The notes beneath the pieces were generated by a model. It saw nothing but the letters and a program-made list of their open reading frames with translations, was not told the origin of the DNA and did no database searches. A stretch of DNA of 64,000 nucleotides from Christensenellales bacterium. GTDB lineage: Bacteria; Bacillota; Clostridia; Christensenellales; CALWSW01. Location of the stretch: NCBI GenBank assembly GCA_040768925.1, contig JAXGLZ010000003.1, positions 383,688-447,687 on the forward strand, given 5' to 3'. Both the position numbers and the translations under genes were made by a program. Position 1 is the stretch's first letter. Each line of letters starts with the position of its first letter. Shown one piece after another: positions 24,784 to 34,804 of the stretch.

Positions 24784-25821
24784 TCATACCCGCAAAGGGA
24801 GCGTCACGATAAAGCGCGCCCCCTCCCCCGGGCGGCTCTGCACGTCGATTCTGCCGTGGTGCAGATCGACAATGCGCTTTACGATGGGCAGCCCCAGGCC
24901 GCTGCCTTCCTTCAGGCGGGATGCGTCGCCTTGAAAGAATTGCTCGAAACTATGGGCTTTCGTTGCGTCGTCCATGCCGATGCCGTAGTCCGTTATTTTG
25001 ATTTGGACGCCGTTCCCCATTTTTACCATCCGGATTTTCACCGTTCCGCCGTCATGGGAGAATTTGACCGCGTTATCGAGCAAATTGAACCATACCTGAA
25101 AGAGGAGTTCCTCGTCGCCTTCATAAAATAAGGGGCGCAGTTCAATGTCGAAAACGACCCCGCGATCGCTCCACGCGGGCTGCAGCGCCAGCACGGCCTG
25201 CCGGATCTGCTCGTCCAGCTGAAACCGCGTCGTCATCAGCGTGATTGCCTGGCTTTCCAGTTTGGACAGCCGCAGGATATTCGCTGTCAGGACGATCAGC
25301 CTTTGGCTTTCGCTTTCCAGTTTCTGGGCGTACTGGCGGCGTTCGCTTGCAGGCAGCGCGTCGTCGGCCAGCAGCTTTGCGTAACCGTGGATGATGGCAA
25401 GCGGGGTCTTAAACTCGTGGGATACGTTCGCGATAAAGTCCTTCTTCATGATTTCGTTGCTTCTCAGCTCTTTTACCATGAGGTTAAAATCCCGCTCCAG
25501 GTCCCCGATTTCGTCCATCCGGCCGGACACCTTGACCTCGATGCCAAAATCGCCCTTGGCGATTTCTTGTGTGGCCTTGGATAAGGTGACGATCGGGGCG
25601 GCCGTTCGCCGGGAAAAGAAGGAGATCAAAAAGACGCTGCTGACGATGGTGAACACCGGCACCAGAAAATCCCTCAGCCGCAGAGCCAACCCGCGGTTTT
25701 CCGCCAGCATCTCCGGGAACAGATAATGCCCGGTCAAAAAGGTCAGCAGGGTCGCCGCAACCGTGGAGGCCGCCACGATCAAAAACATGGTGAGCGCGAA
25801 TCGCATATAAAGCTTTTTCAT
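24784..25821 (-). CDS. Sensor histidine kinase (two TM segments, HAMP, HisKA, HATPase_c)
   Basis: H-box SHEFKTPLAIIHGY, N-box LLDNAVKF, G-boxes DYGIGM and GSGLGLPIV. Confidence 0.9.
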   Translation of the reverse strand: MKKLYMRFALTMFLIVAASTVAATLLTFLTGHYLFPEMLAENRGLALRLRDFLVPVFTIVSSVFLISFFSRRTAAPIVTLSKATQEIAKGDFGIEVKVSGRMDEIGDLERDFNLMVKELRSNEIMKKDFIANVSHEFKTPLAIIHGYAKLLADDALPASERRQYAQKLESESQRLIVLTANILRLSKLESQAITLMTTRFQLDEQIRQAVLALQPAWSDRGVVFDIELRPLFYEGDEELLFQVWFNLLDNAVKFSHDGGTVKIRMVKMGNGVQIKITDYGIGMDDATKAHSFEQFFQGDASRLKEGSGLGLPIVKRIVDLHHGRIDVQSRPGEGARFIVTLPLRV

Positions 25822-26492
25822 GATGAGAGCACCGCCCGATACCCCAGTCCCCGCACGGTTTCTATGGTGAAATTGTCATACTCCGCAAACCGCTCCCGCA
25901 GCCGCTTGATGTGAACGTCCACGGTGCGGGGGTCGGTTTCGCTGTCATACCCCCATATTTCGTCCATCAGCGCCCGGCGGGTAAAAATCCTGCCGGGGTA
26001 AGACAGCAGCATCTGCAGCAGGAAAAACTCCTTTTGGGGCAGGACCTTGATGTCCTCTCCCTTAGCCGCGGTCAGCGATTCCTGGTTCAGAGTCATTCCG
26101 CCGACGTTCAGAATGTGGTTCTCCACAATGCTGGAACGGCGGAGAAGCGCCTCCACCCGAAGGAGCATTTCCTCCATATTGATCGGTTTGATCATATAAT
26201 CGTCCGCGCCTTTTTTAAAGCCCGTGCGCTTGTCCTCCATGCTCCCCTTTGCCGTGACGATGAGGATGGGGATCCTGATTTTCGCGCTGCGCAATTCGCC
26301 GGTCAACTCGTAGCCGTCCATTCTGGGCATCATAATGTCGGCGACGATCAGGTGAATGGCGGTCTTGTCGAGCACGGCCAGGGCTTCCTCGCCGTCCGCG
26401 GCTTCAAACACCCTGTAGCCCGCGCGGTCCAGGTGGATCTTCATGAGTTTGCGAAGGCTTTCGTTGTCTTCCACGATCAGGACGTTGATCAC
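25818..26492 (-). CDS. OmpR-family response regulator
   Basis: VLIVEDNESL...DIMMPRMDG receiver domain and a winged-helix output (TVDVHIKRLRERF...IETVRGLGYR). GTG 26492 after AAGGGGG is preferred over the ORF-track start at 26600. Confidence 0.9.
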   Translation of the reverse strand: MINVLIVEDNESLRKLMKIHLDRAGYRVFEAADGEEALAVLDKTAIHLIVADIMMPRMDGYELTGELRSAKIRIPILIVTAKGSMEDKRTGFKKGADDYMIKPINMEEMLLRVEALLRRSSIVENHILNVGGMTLNQESLTAAKGEDIKVLPQKEFFLLQMLLSYPGRIFTRRALMDEIWGYDSETDPRTVDVHIKRLRERFAEYDNFTIETVRGLGYRAVLSS

Positions 26493-26647
26493 GGCCGCAC
26501 ACCCCCTTTTATGGATTATACCATACGATTCCCGTTGTTTAACGATCATACGGCGGGAATGTGAACCGAATATGAACGCCGTGGTTCGTTTATGGTTCAC
26601 GAAGGGAGGATATACTCCTGCCTGTATGAATCACAAGGAGGTTCGGC

Positions 26648-28321
26648 ATGAATCAGCCCAAAACCGCAAACCAACCTAAAAGGAAAAGAAAATGGCCCTG
26701 GATCACAATCCTTGTGCTGGCCGTGCTGTCGATCGTCATCATCGGCATTACAAGGAGAAGGCCGGCCTCTGCGCTCAACATCCGCTCCGCGGTCGCGGAA
26801 ACGGGCAGCTTGTCCATGACGGTGGTGGGCACGGGCAATCTGGAATACGACGACGCCGTTGACATCAAGATCCCTTCCGGCGTCACGATCGACGAGGTGC
26901 TGGCGAAAAGCGGCGATACGGTGTCCGCCGGGGACACGCTGGCCACGGTAAACGCCCTTTCCCTGAAGCAGGAGATCGAATCCGTCCGCAGCCGGATCAA
27001 CACGCTGGACAGGAGCGTCAACAGCGCGAAGAACGGCCCAAAAACCGAAACCGTCAAGGCCAATGTGAATGGCCGGGTCAAGCGGATCTACGCCCAGAAG
27101 GGCGACGAAGCCCTGGGCGTTTATTTGGAAAACGGCGCGCTGCTGCTGCTCTCTTTGGACGAAAAGATGGCGGTGGACTTTGAGGGAACAGCCGAGTTAT
27201 CCGTCGGGGACAAGGTGAACGTCGTGCTGGAAAACGGCGGCGTCAAAGAAGGCGCCGTGGAAAAGGCGGACGGCGGAAAGTACACCGTCACCCTGACCGA
27301 CAACGGGCCCAAGCTCGACGAACCGGTGGCGGTCCAAAGCAAAAACGGCGATGTTCTGGGAACCGGAACGCTGTACATCCACCAGCCCATCGAGGTCGTC
27401 GCAACGCAGGGCAAGGTGGAGACCATCCATGTGTCCGAAAACGAAAAGGTGAGCAGCGGAAAGACCCTCGTCACGCTGGAGGACCTCCCCCCTTCCGCGG
27501 AGTACGAGCAGCTTCTTTCCGACCGCGCGGAACTGCTGGATAAGCTGGACGGCCTGCTCGCGCTGTCAAAAACGAATGCGGTTACCGCCGAATTCAACGG
27601 CGTTATTATGAGCGTAAATCTTGAGGAAGGAAAAACGGCGGGCAGCAGCTCCGGCGCAGCCGGCAGTTCCGCAGGCAGCACCGCGTCAAGCGCCGCGGGC
27701 GCTTATTCGGGAACCGCCTCCGCCTCCTCTTCTTCCGTTCAAGCCTCTGACGGCGATTCGGGCGAAACCATGGTGACCGCTTTTACGGCGGCCCCCGCGG
27801 AAAGCGTCGTGCTTTCCGTCAATGTGGACGAGCTGGACATCCTCTCCATCCAAAACGGCATGGAGGCGGAAATCACCTTCGACGCGATCCCCGACCGCAC
27901 TTTCGGCGGAAAAATCGTAAAAATCTCCGATTCCGCAACGGCGGGCGGCGGCGTGGCCAAATACCCCGTCAAAGTGCGCATCCCCAGGGATAACGCGATG
28001 CGGGCGGGCATGAACGCCACCGCGACGATCCTGGCCGAGAAAAAAGAGAATATCCTGCTGCTCCCCGTCGTGGCGCTGCAGGAAAGCGGCGGACGGGTGT
28101 ATGTATATACCCGGCAAAACGCCGAAACCGGCGAGCTTTCGGGCGAGGCTGACGTTCAAACCGGCAGTTCGGACGGCGAAAACGTGGAGATCGTGACCGG
28201 CCTTTCCGCAGGCAGCACGGTGTATTACAGGGCGGCCTCCGGCGAAACCCCGACGGGTTTTGGAATGGGCGGCGGATTCAGGAGCGGCAGCGGCTTTGGC
28301 AGCGGCGGCGGTCAGGAGTAA
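26648..28321 (+). CDS. HlyD/MacA-type periplasmic adaptor (membrane fusion) protein
   Basis: N-terminal TM WPWITILVLAVLSIVIIGI, coiled-coil/barrel-sandwich pattern, Ser/Ala-rich linker, C-terminal VALQESGGRVYVY. It lies upstream of the ABC ATPase and FtsX permease. Confidence 0.75.
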   Translation: MNQPKTANQPKRKRKWPWITILVLAVLSIVIIGITRRRPASALNIRSAVAETGSLSMTVVGTGNLEYDDAVDIKIPSGVTIDEVLAKSGDTVSAGDTLATVNALSLKQEIESVRSRINTLDRSVNSAKNGPKTETVKANVNGRVKRIYAQKGDEALGVYLENGALLLLSLDEKMAVDFEGTAELSVGDKVNVVLENGGVKEGAVEKADGGKYTVTLTDNGPKLDEPVAVQSKNGDVLGTGTLYIHQPIEVVATQGKVETIHVSENEKVSSGKTLVTLEDLPPSAEYEQLLSDRAELLDKLDGLLALSKTNAVTAEFNGVIMSVNLEEGKTAGSSSGAAGSSAGSTASSAAGAYSGTASASSSSVQASDGDSGETMVTAFTAAPAESVVLSVNVDELDILSIQNGMEAEITFDAIPDRTFGGKIVKISDSATAGGGVAKYPVKVRIPRDNAMRAGMNATATILAEKKENILLLPVVALQESGGRVYVYTRQNAETGELSGEADVQTGSSDGENVEIVTGLSAGSTVYYRAASGETPTGFGMGGGFRSGSGFGSGGGQE

Positions 28322-28325
28322 GGCG

Positions 28326-28997
28326 ATGATCCGGCTGAACGACGTATCAAAAATCTATCATATCGGCGGGCAGGAGGTCCGCGCCCTCGACCGGGCGTCC
28401 CTTTCCATAGACGGCGGGGAGTTCGTCAGCATCATCGGCCCGTCGGGGAGCGGAAAATCCACGATGATGAACATCATCGGCTGCCTGGACGTGGCGGACA
28501 GCGGCGAATACATTCTGGACGGCCAGTCTATCGAGCAATATTCCGAAGCCGAGCTCGCCCGTATCCGCAACCGCAAGATCGGCTTCATTTTTCAGGGGTT
28601 CAACCTGCTCTCACGGCTGACGGCCGAGGCCAACGTCGAGCTGCCGCTGATCTATCAGCGCGTCGGCCTGGCCGAGCGCAGGCGCCGCGTCGCCGAGGCG
28701 CTGGAGCGGGTGGAACTGTATGACCGCAGAAAGCACAAGCCTGCGGAACTGTCCGGCGGGCAGCAGCAGCGCGTCGCGATCGCCCGGGCGCTGGTCACCC
28801 AGCCCACCCTCCTGCTGGCCGACGAGCCCACCGGCAACCTCGACTCCAAAACAGGCGACGAGATCATCCGCCTGTTCCACGAGCTGCACAAAAGCGGGAA
28901 CACCATTGTGCTGATCACCCACAACAGCAACGTGGCGAATCAGGCGGAGCGCAGGGTCCACATTCTGGACGGCCGCGTTCACGAGGAGGAAGCATGA
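28326..28997 (+). CDS. ABC transporter ATP-binding protein (MacB/LolD type)
   Basis: Walker [10 protein letters not shown], signature [15 protein letters not shown], Walker B LLLADEPT. Start taken at ATG 28326 ([11 protein letters not shown]). Confidence 0.9.
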   Translation: MIRLNDVSKIYHIGGQEVRALDRASLSIDGGEFVSIIGPSGSGKSTMMNIIGCLDVADSGEYILDGQSIEQYSEAELARIRNRKIGFIFQGFNLLSRLTAEANVELPLIYQRVGLAERRRRVAEALERVELYDRRKHKPAELSGGQQQRVAIARALVTQPTLLLADEPTGNLDSKTGDEIIRLFHELHKSGNTIVLITHNSNVANQAERRVHILDGRVHEEEA

Positions 28998-30175
28998 TTT
29001 TACAATCCGTCAAAATGGCCCTTGAGGCCATCTCCTCGAACAAAATACGTTCCTTTTTGACGATGCTGGGCATCATCATCGGGGTGATCGCCCTGGTGGT
29101 GCTGGTTTCCCTCGTCAGCAGCGCCACCACCTCCATCACGGACCAGGTTTCCAGCCTGGGCAGCAATCTGCTTTCCGTCACCATCCGCGACGACAAGGGC
29201 AATCCCCTTCACCTTGAAGATCTGTCCGAAATCGCCGCGCGCCCTGAAATCGCCGCGGTCGCGCCCATGGGGCAGATCGCCGCGACCGCGAAAAACGGCT
29301 ATACCGACAAAGCCGCCACCGTTTACGGCACCACCCCGGCGTATTGCGAGATCCGGGGGCTGGAAGTGGAATATGGCCGCTTCCTGCGCACGACGGACGT
29401 GGAAAACAGCTCCTATGTGGCCATCCTCAGCCATGACGCGGCTATGGACCTCTTCGGCAAAACCGACATCGCGGGCGAGAAGGTCTCCCTGGACGGGCGG
29501 AGCTTCCGCATCGTGGGCGTCCTCAAGGAGGACAATTCCATGATGAGCATGATGGGCAGCAGCATCGCGGCTTACGTTCCCTATACCGTCGCGATGCGGA
29601 TGTCCAACTCGATTTCCGGCGTCGCCGCCTTTTATGCCTCCTCCGCCAACCCAAGCAGCATGGATTACGCCGAAGGGGCGCTGACCGCCATGATGATGAG
29701 CCGCTTCAAGCAGGACGAGGACGCCTTCACCATCTTCAACCAGTCCGCGGTCATGGACGCGCTGGACAGCATCACCGACATGCTCTCCTATCTTTTGGGC
29801 GGCATCGCGGCCATCTCCCTGCTGGTGGGCGGCATCGGCATCATGAACATCATGCTGGTGTCCGTCACCGAGCGGACCCGGGAAATCGGCATCCGCAAGG
29901 CGATCGGGGCCGGCCGTGGCAGCATCATGATGCAGTTCCTCATCGAGGCATTGGTCTTAAGCCTGATGGGCTGCGCCATCGGCATCGCCGTTTCGTGGCT
30001 GCTGATCCAGATTGCCACGCTGGCGGCCGGCGGCGTGCTGACCTTTACCTTGTCCGCCGGCGTCGTCGGCGTCGCCGTGGCCTTCGCCATCGCCATCGGC
30101 GTGCTGTTTGGGCTTTATCCCGCCAACAAAGCGGCCAAAAAGCACCCCATAGAAGCCTTGCGGTACGAAGGGTAA
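28994..30175 (+). CDS. ABC transporter permease, MacB/FtsX family
   Basis: N-terminal KIRSFLTMLGIIIGVIALV, a large extracytoplasmic domain, and the C-terminal FtsX segment TERTREIGIRKAIGA. Confidence 0.85.
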   Translation: MILQSVKMALEAISSNKIRSFLTMLGIIIGVIALVVLVSLVSSATTSITDQVSSLGSNLLSVTIRDDKGNPLHLEDLSEIAARPEIAAVAPMGQIAATAKNGYTDKAATVYGTTPAYCEIRGLEVEYGRFLRTTDVENSSYVAILSHDAAMDLFGKTDIAGEKVSLDGRSFRIVGVLKEDNSMMSMMGSSIAAYVPYTVAMRMSNSISGVAAFYASSANPSSMDYAEGALTAMMMSRFKQDEDAFTIFNQSAVMDALDSITDMLSYLLGGIAAISLLVGGIGIMNIMLVSVTERTREIGIRKAIGAGRGSIMMQFLIEALVLSLMGCAIGIAVSWLLIQIATLAAGGVLTFTLSAGVVGVAVAFAIAIGVLFGLYPANKAAKKHPIEALRYEG

Positions 30176-30350
30176 GCCTATCGGTCCGGGCCGGAAGCGC
30201 TTCCGGCCCGAGCCGATCCCGATTGCGCGCGGCCCTTTCGGGCCGTCGCGCGATCGATTCAGCCGCTGATGAAGCGGCTTCAGGGCGTCAAAAAAGGCCT
30301 GCGGACCGCTTCGCCGGAAGGTTTTCAAGGTCGTCGGCAAGGTCGTCGGC

Positions 30351-30567
30351 GCAGCCGACATCATTCCTTGATGAGGTGCCGGAATCTGCGGTTCCGGCGC
30401 AGCCGACATCAATCCTTGATGAAGTGCCGGAATCTGCGGTTTCGGCGCGCTTCGCGCAGGGAAATTTCGGTCACAAGTGACCGAGATAGTACCGCAAAAC
30501 TGACGCCCCAGTTGTCGGCGCAGCCGACATCAATCCTTGATGAAGTGCCGGAATCTGCGATTCCGGC
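30351..30567 (+). repeat. Three copies of a 48-bp hairpin-rich repeat (two tandem copies plus one after a 73-bp spacer)
   Basis: GCAGCCGACATCAWTCCTTGATGARGTGCCGGAATCTGCGRTTYCGGC at 30351-30398, 30399-30446 and 30520-30567. Each unit holds CATCA..TGATG and GCCGGAA..TTCCGGC stems. Confidence 0.8.
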
Positions 30568-30829
30568 TCATGTCGTCAGTTTTGATCGAAGCTCAGGGGC
30601 TGCGGTCCCTGAAACCCCAGGATAGGGTTTTTTGACAGTCTGCGGCCGCTGATGAAGCGGCTTGTTTTTTATACGTTTTCAGGACGTGGTCACAGAGAAT
30701 AGAAGCCGCCGTTTTTCAGAAAACTATTGATTGGGCGGTTTTGCACAAGAGCGCGCTGTTAAGGGCGCGATTTCACGCGGTTCACACAAAGGTGATGCCG
30801 GAAACCGCCCGCGCCCGAGCCATTCGGGG

Positions 30830-31633
30830 CTACGCCGGGTCCACCCGCACCCAGACGAGGAGGTAATAAACGGGTTCTTCGCCCGAATTCTCAATAAAAA
30901 GCAGCCTTCCCCCGGTGCAGCTTGCAAAGACATAGCCGTGGTCTTTCGCGTGATCGATCAGCGGCGAAATGTCGTCGGGCGTCAGCGAAAGGATGTCCCT
31001 CGTCCGAATACAGGTTCTGATAAAATGCCCGCCGGGCTGGTAATACGACTTGCCGCTAAGCGGCAGCCCGAACTTTTTGACGTAATGAATCAGCGCCCCG
31101 CAGCCGATCTGAATGTCGTATTCCTCCCCTGTGCGTTTTTGATTCAGGTCTTTTAGCGAGATCGTTGCCGAAACATAGGTGAAGGGGAAATGGTCGACCC
31201 AAGCTTCGAGCTTGCAGTCCGTGATGAAGCCCTCTTTCCGGTTGACCGCGGAAACCGCCCAGGTCGCAGGCCCGTCAAACTCCTCCACCGCGTTCAGGAT
31301 CCTCATCCCGCAGCTTGCGTAAACCCGGGTTTCCTGCATGCGCGAAAGCTCCAGCTTGATCCGTTCCAGGCTGCGGTAAAGCGAGGCCTCCCGCTCTTCC
31401 AGCAGCCTGTTGTATTCGGCGATGTTCCCCGCCGAGTACGAATCCCGGATGAATTCGAGGGGCAAGTCGTAGGCACGCATCTCTTTTGTCAAAAGGGCGG
31501 TCAGGGCGTCGTCCACCGTATAATCGTAATAACCGTTTTCCCGCATTTTGGGGTGCAGCAGGCCCATCTCGCGGTAGTGGCGGACGGTTTCCGGGGTCAT
31601 TCCGATGCTTGATGCAAGTATTTTGGTAGGCAA
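30830..31633 (-). CDS. MerR-family regulator (module 2), 5' end severed by IS30 copy B
   Basis: ILASSIGMTPETVRHYREMGLLHP is a MerR HTH. The ORF-track start is a TTG created at the IS end. The native RBS, GTG and first codons (MKVTTKIL) remain at 32929-32906 on the other side of the IS. Confidence 0.75.
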   Translation of the reverse strand: MPTKILASSIGMTPETVRHYREMGLLHPKMRENGYYDYTVDDALTALLTKEMRAYDLPLEFIRDSYSAGNIAEYNRLLEEREASLYRSLERIKLELSRMQETRVYASCGMRILNAVEEFDGPATWAVSAVNRKEGFITDCKLEAWVDHFPFTYVSATISLKDLNQKRTGEEYDIQIGCGALIHYVKKFGLPLSGKSYYQPGGHFIRTCIRTRDILSLTPDDISPLIDHAKDHGYVFASCTGGRLLFIENSGEEPVYYLLVWVRVDPA

Positions 31634-32905
31634 ATTGCAAGTGCAAGTTGGACACCCCCGTGGTCGCAGGAGTGTGAGGTTGCCGGCTCCGCTGGAGTAG
31701 GAGCCGTAGGCAAGTGCGGAAGCGGGTCCGGGCGGCGTCAGGCTGCGGTGTAGAGCTCATCGAGAAAGGCGTCAAAGAGTTCTTCGGGGGTATTGTAGCC
31801 CAGTATTTTGCGAGGACGACCATTGAGCTGGTCTGCCGAGCGCAGGATGTAGTCGGCGGAGTAGTTGCTCATGGAGGTTCCCTTGGGCACATACAAGCGG
31901 AATAGGCCATTGTGACGCTCATTTTGCGGACGCTCCCACGAGGTGTACGGATGGGCGAAAAACACCTTTGTGCCCCATTGCTCAACGGCTGCAAAATCAG
32001 AAAACTCAGAACCATTGTCCAGCGTAATCGTCTTGAACACCTCGGAAAACCGATTGCCATATTCCTCTTGCAATGCGGTCATTGCCGCCATAACTGCTTC
32101 GCTGGTCTTGCCCTCGATGAGCAGGGCGATGTAGTGCCGGGTTTTCTTTTCCACGAGAGACAAGATAGCAGCCTCTTTGCCTGCGCGATGCCCTACAACG
32201 GTATCGCCCTCCCAGTGGCCTATCTCGGTACGCCCGCTTGCAACAGCCGGGCGCTCATCGATGCTGGTGCCGTAAATCCGCTTATTCTCCCGGGGCTTGT
32301 TCTTGTGGCTTTTGCGCTTCAATACCTCGGGCATATCGGTCAGAGATAGTGGCAGTTCTCCGCTCCACAGCGCGTTATATAGTGTTTTGCTGCAAACCAT
32401 CTCATCCGTCGCAAACAGTTTATGTCGCCTGGCATAGCCCGCGCAGGCATCAAAAGACCAGTCATGCTCCCGAAATTGCGCTACCACCCAGTCCAGAAAA
32501 TCCTGGCAGCAGCCCAACTTTTTTCTTCTGCGGCTTCTCTGCCGATTGGCTTTGTATACCGCTTCCCCTCGTTTTGCCGAATAGCAGGGTGCACGGCCTT
32601 TGTTGGATTTGCGCGGCGCTGTGCCTCGTTTTAGCTCATTGCCTACCGTTGTCGGCGAGCAGTTCACCACTTTGGCAATCTTCCTTTGGGAGAACCCCTG
32701 TCGGTGTAGCACCCGTATGGCCCCACGTTCGGACAACCCTAAATGCTGCCCCCGTTTACGCTCTCTTTCCCCTGTGGTATACTCTTGGCAGTCCATAGTG
32801 ATTGCCTCCTTTGTAGATATGGGTGTGTGAGAACTCCATTCTACCACGGGAAAATATCACTATGGATCTTTTCTGCAAGTGTCCAACTTCATTTTACAAT
32901 CGGCC
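31629..32905 (-). mobile_element. IS30-family insertion sequence, copy B (1277 bp, inverted relative to copy A)
   Basis: Same ends as copy A. All internal ORFs in the track mirror those of copy A with identical sequences. Flanked by a 13-bp direct repeat AAGTATTTTGGTA (31616-31628 and 32906-32918). Confidence 0.9.
31738..32796 (-). CDS. IS30-family DDE transposase
   Basis: Protein identical to that of copy A. Confidence 0.9.
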   Translation of the reverse strand: MDCQEYTTGERERKRGQHLGLSERGAIRVLHRQGFSQRKIAKVVNCSPTTVGNELKRGTAPRKSNKGRAPCYSAKRGEAVYKANRQRSRRRKKLGCCQDFLDWVVAQFREHDWSFDACAGYARRHKLFATDEMVCSKTLYNALWSGELPLSLTDMPEVLKRKSHKNKPRENKRIYGTSIDERPAVASGRTEIGHWEGDTVVGHRAGKEAAILSLVEKKTRHYIALLIEGKTSEAVMAAMTALQEEYGNRFSEVFKTITLDNGSEFSDFAAVEQWGTKVFFAHPYTSWERPQNERHNGLFRLYVPKGTSMSNYSADYILRSADQLNGRPRKILGYNTPEELFDAFLDELYTAA

Positions 32906-32950
32906 AAGTATTTTGGTAGTCACTTTCACAAAAACACCCCCTTTTCGCTA

Positions 32951-32981
32951 TTGACCCTGTGGTTACCCCATAGTATAGCAT
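32951..32981 (+). promoter_or_regulatory. MerR-type promoter with 19-bp spacer (module 2)
   Basis: TTGACC (32951-32956), 19 bp CTGTGGTTACCCCATAGTA containing the dyad CTGTGG/CCATAG, then TAGCAT (32976-32981). It lies in the divergent intergenic region. Confidence 0.55.
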
Positions 32982-33034
32982 TAAATTAACAAGGCCGCAT
33001 CACGATGTGCGGCCGCGCAAAGGAGGATAAGAGA

Positions 33035-34804
33035 ATGAAGAAAAGGACGTTGCTTCCGCTGGCGGCTGTGCTTATGTGCGTGCTGCTGGCGCTGACGGCC
33101 TGCGCAGGGGGTTCCCCGGAATCTCCCTCGGAGCCCACCCCGACGCAGAAATCCGACAACAACGGCCAGCCGCAGCAAACCGGGATGGTTCCCGGCGAAT
33201 ACTACGGTGTCGGCAGCGGCAGAAACGGCGCGATCGTGGTCAAGGTCACCCTTGGCGAAAACAGCATCGACGCAATCGAGGTGGTCAGCGAAAGCGAAAC
33301 CCACAACACCGGGTCTGTGCCCGTGGAGCTTTACCCCGGGCTGATCGTCGAAAACCAGTCGCTGAACGTCGATTTCGTCAGCGGCGCAACCATTTCCAGC
33401 GCGGCGTTTTTGAGCGCCGTTCGTGACGCGATCACCAAAGCTGGCGGCGACCCCGCCCAGTTTGGCGCATCGGTTGCTCCCGCCGATGTTCCCCACGGGG
33501 ACACCGAGGCGGAAGTCGTGGTCATCGGCGCGGGCGGCGCGGGCATGACCGCAGCCATCAACGCCGCGCAAGCGGGCAAAAAGGTCATCCTTTTGGAGAA
33601 GCTCGGCATCGTCGGCGGCACATCCAACTACTCCATCGAAGGATTCGGGGCGGTGGGCGACAAGACCCACGCCGGGCTGGGCAGCGACATTACGGCGGAA
33701 GCCCTGGCCGCGAGCCTGACCTCCGGCAACCCCAACGGGACCGCCGAAGCCTTCGCCGTGCTGGCGAACAACAACGGCGCCGCCGCGGACTGGCTGCGCA
33801 GCATCGGCGCGCCGCTCACCGTGGCCGCCGGGCAGACGAGCGTCGCCTCCTCCCGCGAGGTGGGCGAGCTGGGCAACACCATCATATCCGCCCTCAGGGC
33901 CGAGTGCGTCAAGGCGGGGGTGGACATCCGCACAAACAGCCGGGCGACGGAACTCGTCATGCAGGACGGCGCCGTCGCGGGCGTGAAGGTTTCCACCGAA
34001 CTCGGCGATTATGCGATCTCCGCCAAGGCCGTGGTCATCGCCTCCGGCGGATTCGGCGCGAACAACGAGCTTGTTTCCCAGCATTATCCCGCCCTCAAAG
34101 GATATGACAGTTCCTGCACAATCGGAGCCACGGGCGACGGCCACCTGATGGCCCAGGCGGTCGGCGCGGAGCTGAAGAACATGGACTACATCCGCGTCAA
34201 CTTCACCTATACCACCGCAAAAAACGGCTATTTCTACTATATGGGCAGCCTTTTCAACACCGGGGCCATCTTTGTGAACGACGAGGGCCAGCGCTTTGTC
34301 AACGACCAGGGCGCCTACGGCGTGGGCCTTAAGGTGGTGGACCAGGGCGGCAGCGGCTGGGCGATCTTCGACAACTCCCTGGTGCAAGGCGTTGAAGACG
34401 TTCGCGATTACGGCGATCTCGGCCTTTATGTGAGCGCGGACAGCATCGAGGCGCTCGCGGACAAGATCGGCGTCAATAAGACGAACCTGGCGCAGACCGT
34501 CGAAACCTACAAGGGCTATGTGGCAAACGGCAAAGACGAGGCATTCGGCCGGGGAATGCTGAACATGTCCTTTGACGAAGGCCCCTTCTATGCCTGCCGC
34601 ATGACCTGCAGGGTGCAGGGAACCTTCGGCGGGATCAACACCGACGTGGACACCCAGGTTCTCACGGCCGACGGCGCCGTCATTCCCGGGCTGTTCGCGG
34701 CCGGAGAGTGCGCGAACGACGGCACCTGGGGCGCGAATCCCGCTGCCGTCAACATCGTGTTCGGCCGCATAGCGGGCGAAAAGGCCGCCGCTTATGTCGG
34801 CTGA
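33035..34804 (+). CDS. Lipoprotein FMN-bind + FAD-dependent flavocytochrome c-family reductase (module 2)
   Basis: Lipobox LLALTAC, motif DFVSGATISS, VVVIGAGGAGMTAA, C-terminal GLFAAGECA. AAGGAGG RBS before ATG 33035. Confidence 0.8.
   Translation: MKKRTLLPLAAVLMCVLLALTACAGGSPESPSEPTPTQKSDNNGQPQQTGMVPGEYYGVGSGRNGAIVVKVTLGENSIDAIEVVSESETHNTGSVPVELYPGLIVENQSLNVDFVSGATISSAAFLSAVRDAITKAGGDPAQFGASVAPADVPHGDTEAEVVVIGAGGAGMTAAINAAQAGKKVILLEKLGIVGGTSNYSIEGFGAVGDKTHAGLGSDITAEALAASLTSGNPNGTAEAFAVLANNNGAAADWLRSIGAPLTVAAGQTSVASSREVGELGNTIISALRAECVKAGVDIRTNSRATELVMQDGAVAGVKVSTELGDYAISAKAVVIASGGFGANNELVSQHYPALKGYDSSCTIGATGDGHLMAQAVGAELKNMDYIRVNFTYTTAKNGYFYYMGSLFNTGAIFVNDEGQRFVNDQGAYGVGLKVVDQGGSGWAIFDNSLVQGVEDVRDYGDLGLYVSADSIEALADKIGVNKTNLAQTVETYKGYVANGKDEAFGRGMLNMSFDEGPFYACRMTCRVQGTFGGINTDVDTQVLTADGAVIPGLFAAGECANDGTWGANPAAVNIVFGRIAGEKAAAYVG

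Noticed and set aside
30351-30567. A CRISPR array, suggested by the repeated 48-bp units.
   Set aside because: There are only three units. Two are directly adjacent with no spacer, and the third follows an irregular 73-bp gap. The units are internally multi-hairpin, and no cas genes are in the window.
12782-32905. The two inverted IS30 copies as the arms of a composite transposon carrying the 17.6-kb segment (Zn-ribbon genes, AraC, GGDEF-EAL, TCS, ABC efflux).
   Set aside because: Each copy has its own matching 13-bp duplication on both sides. A composite element that moved as a unit would show the duplication only at its outer ends. One inner junction also lies inside a merR gene whose other half is outside the segment.
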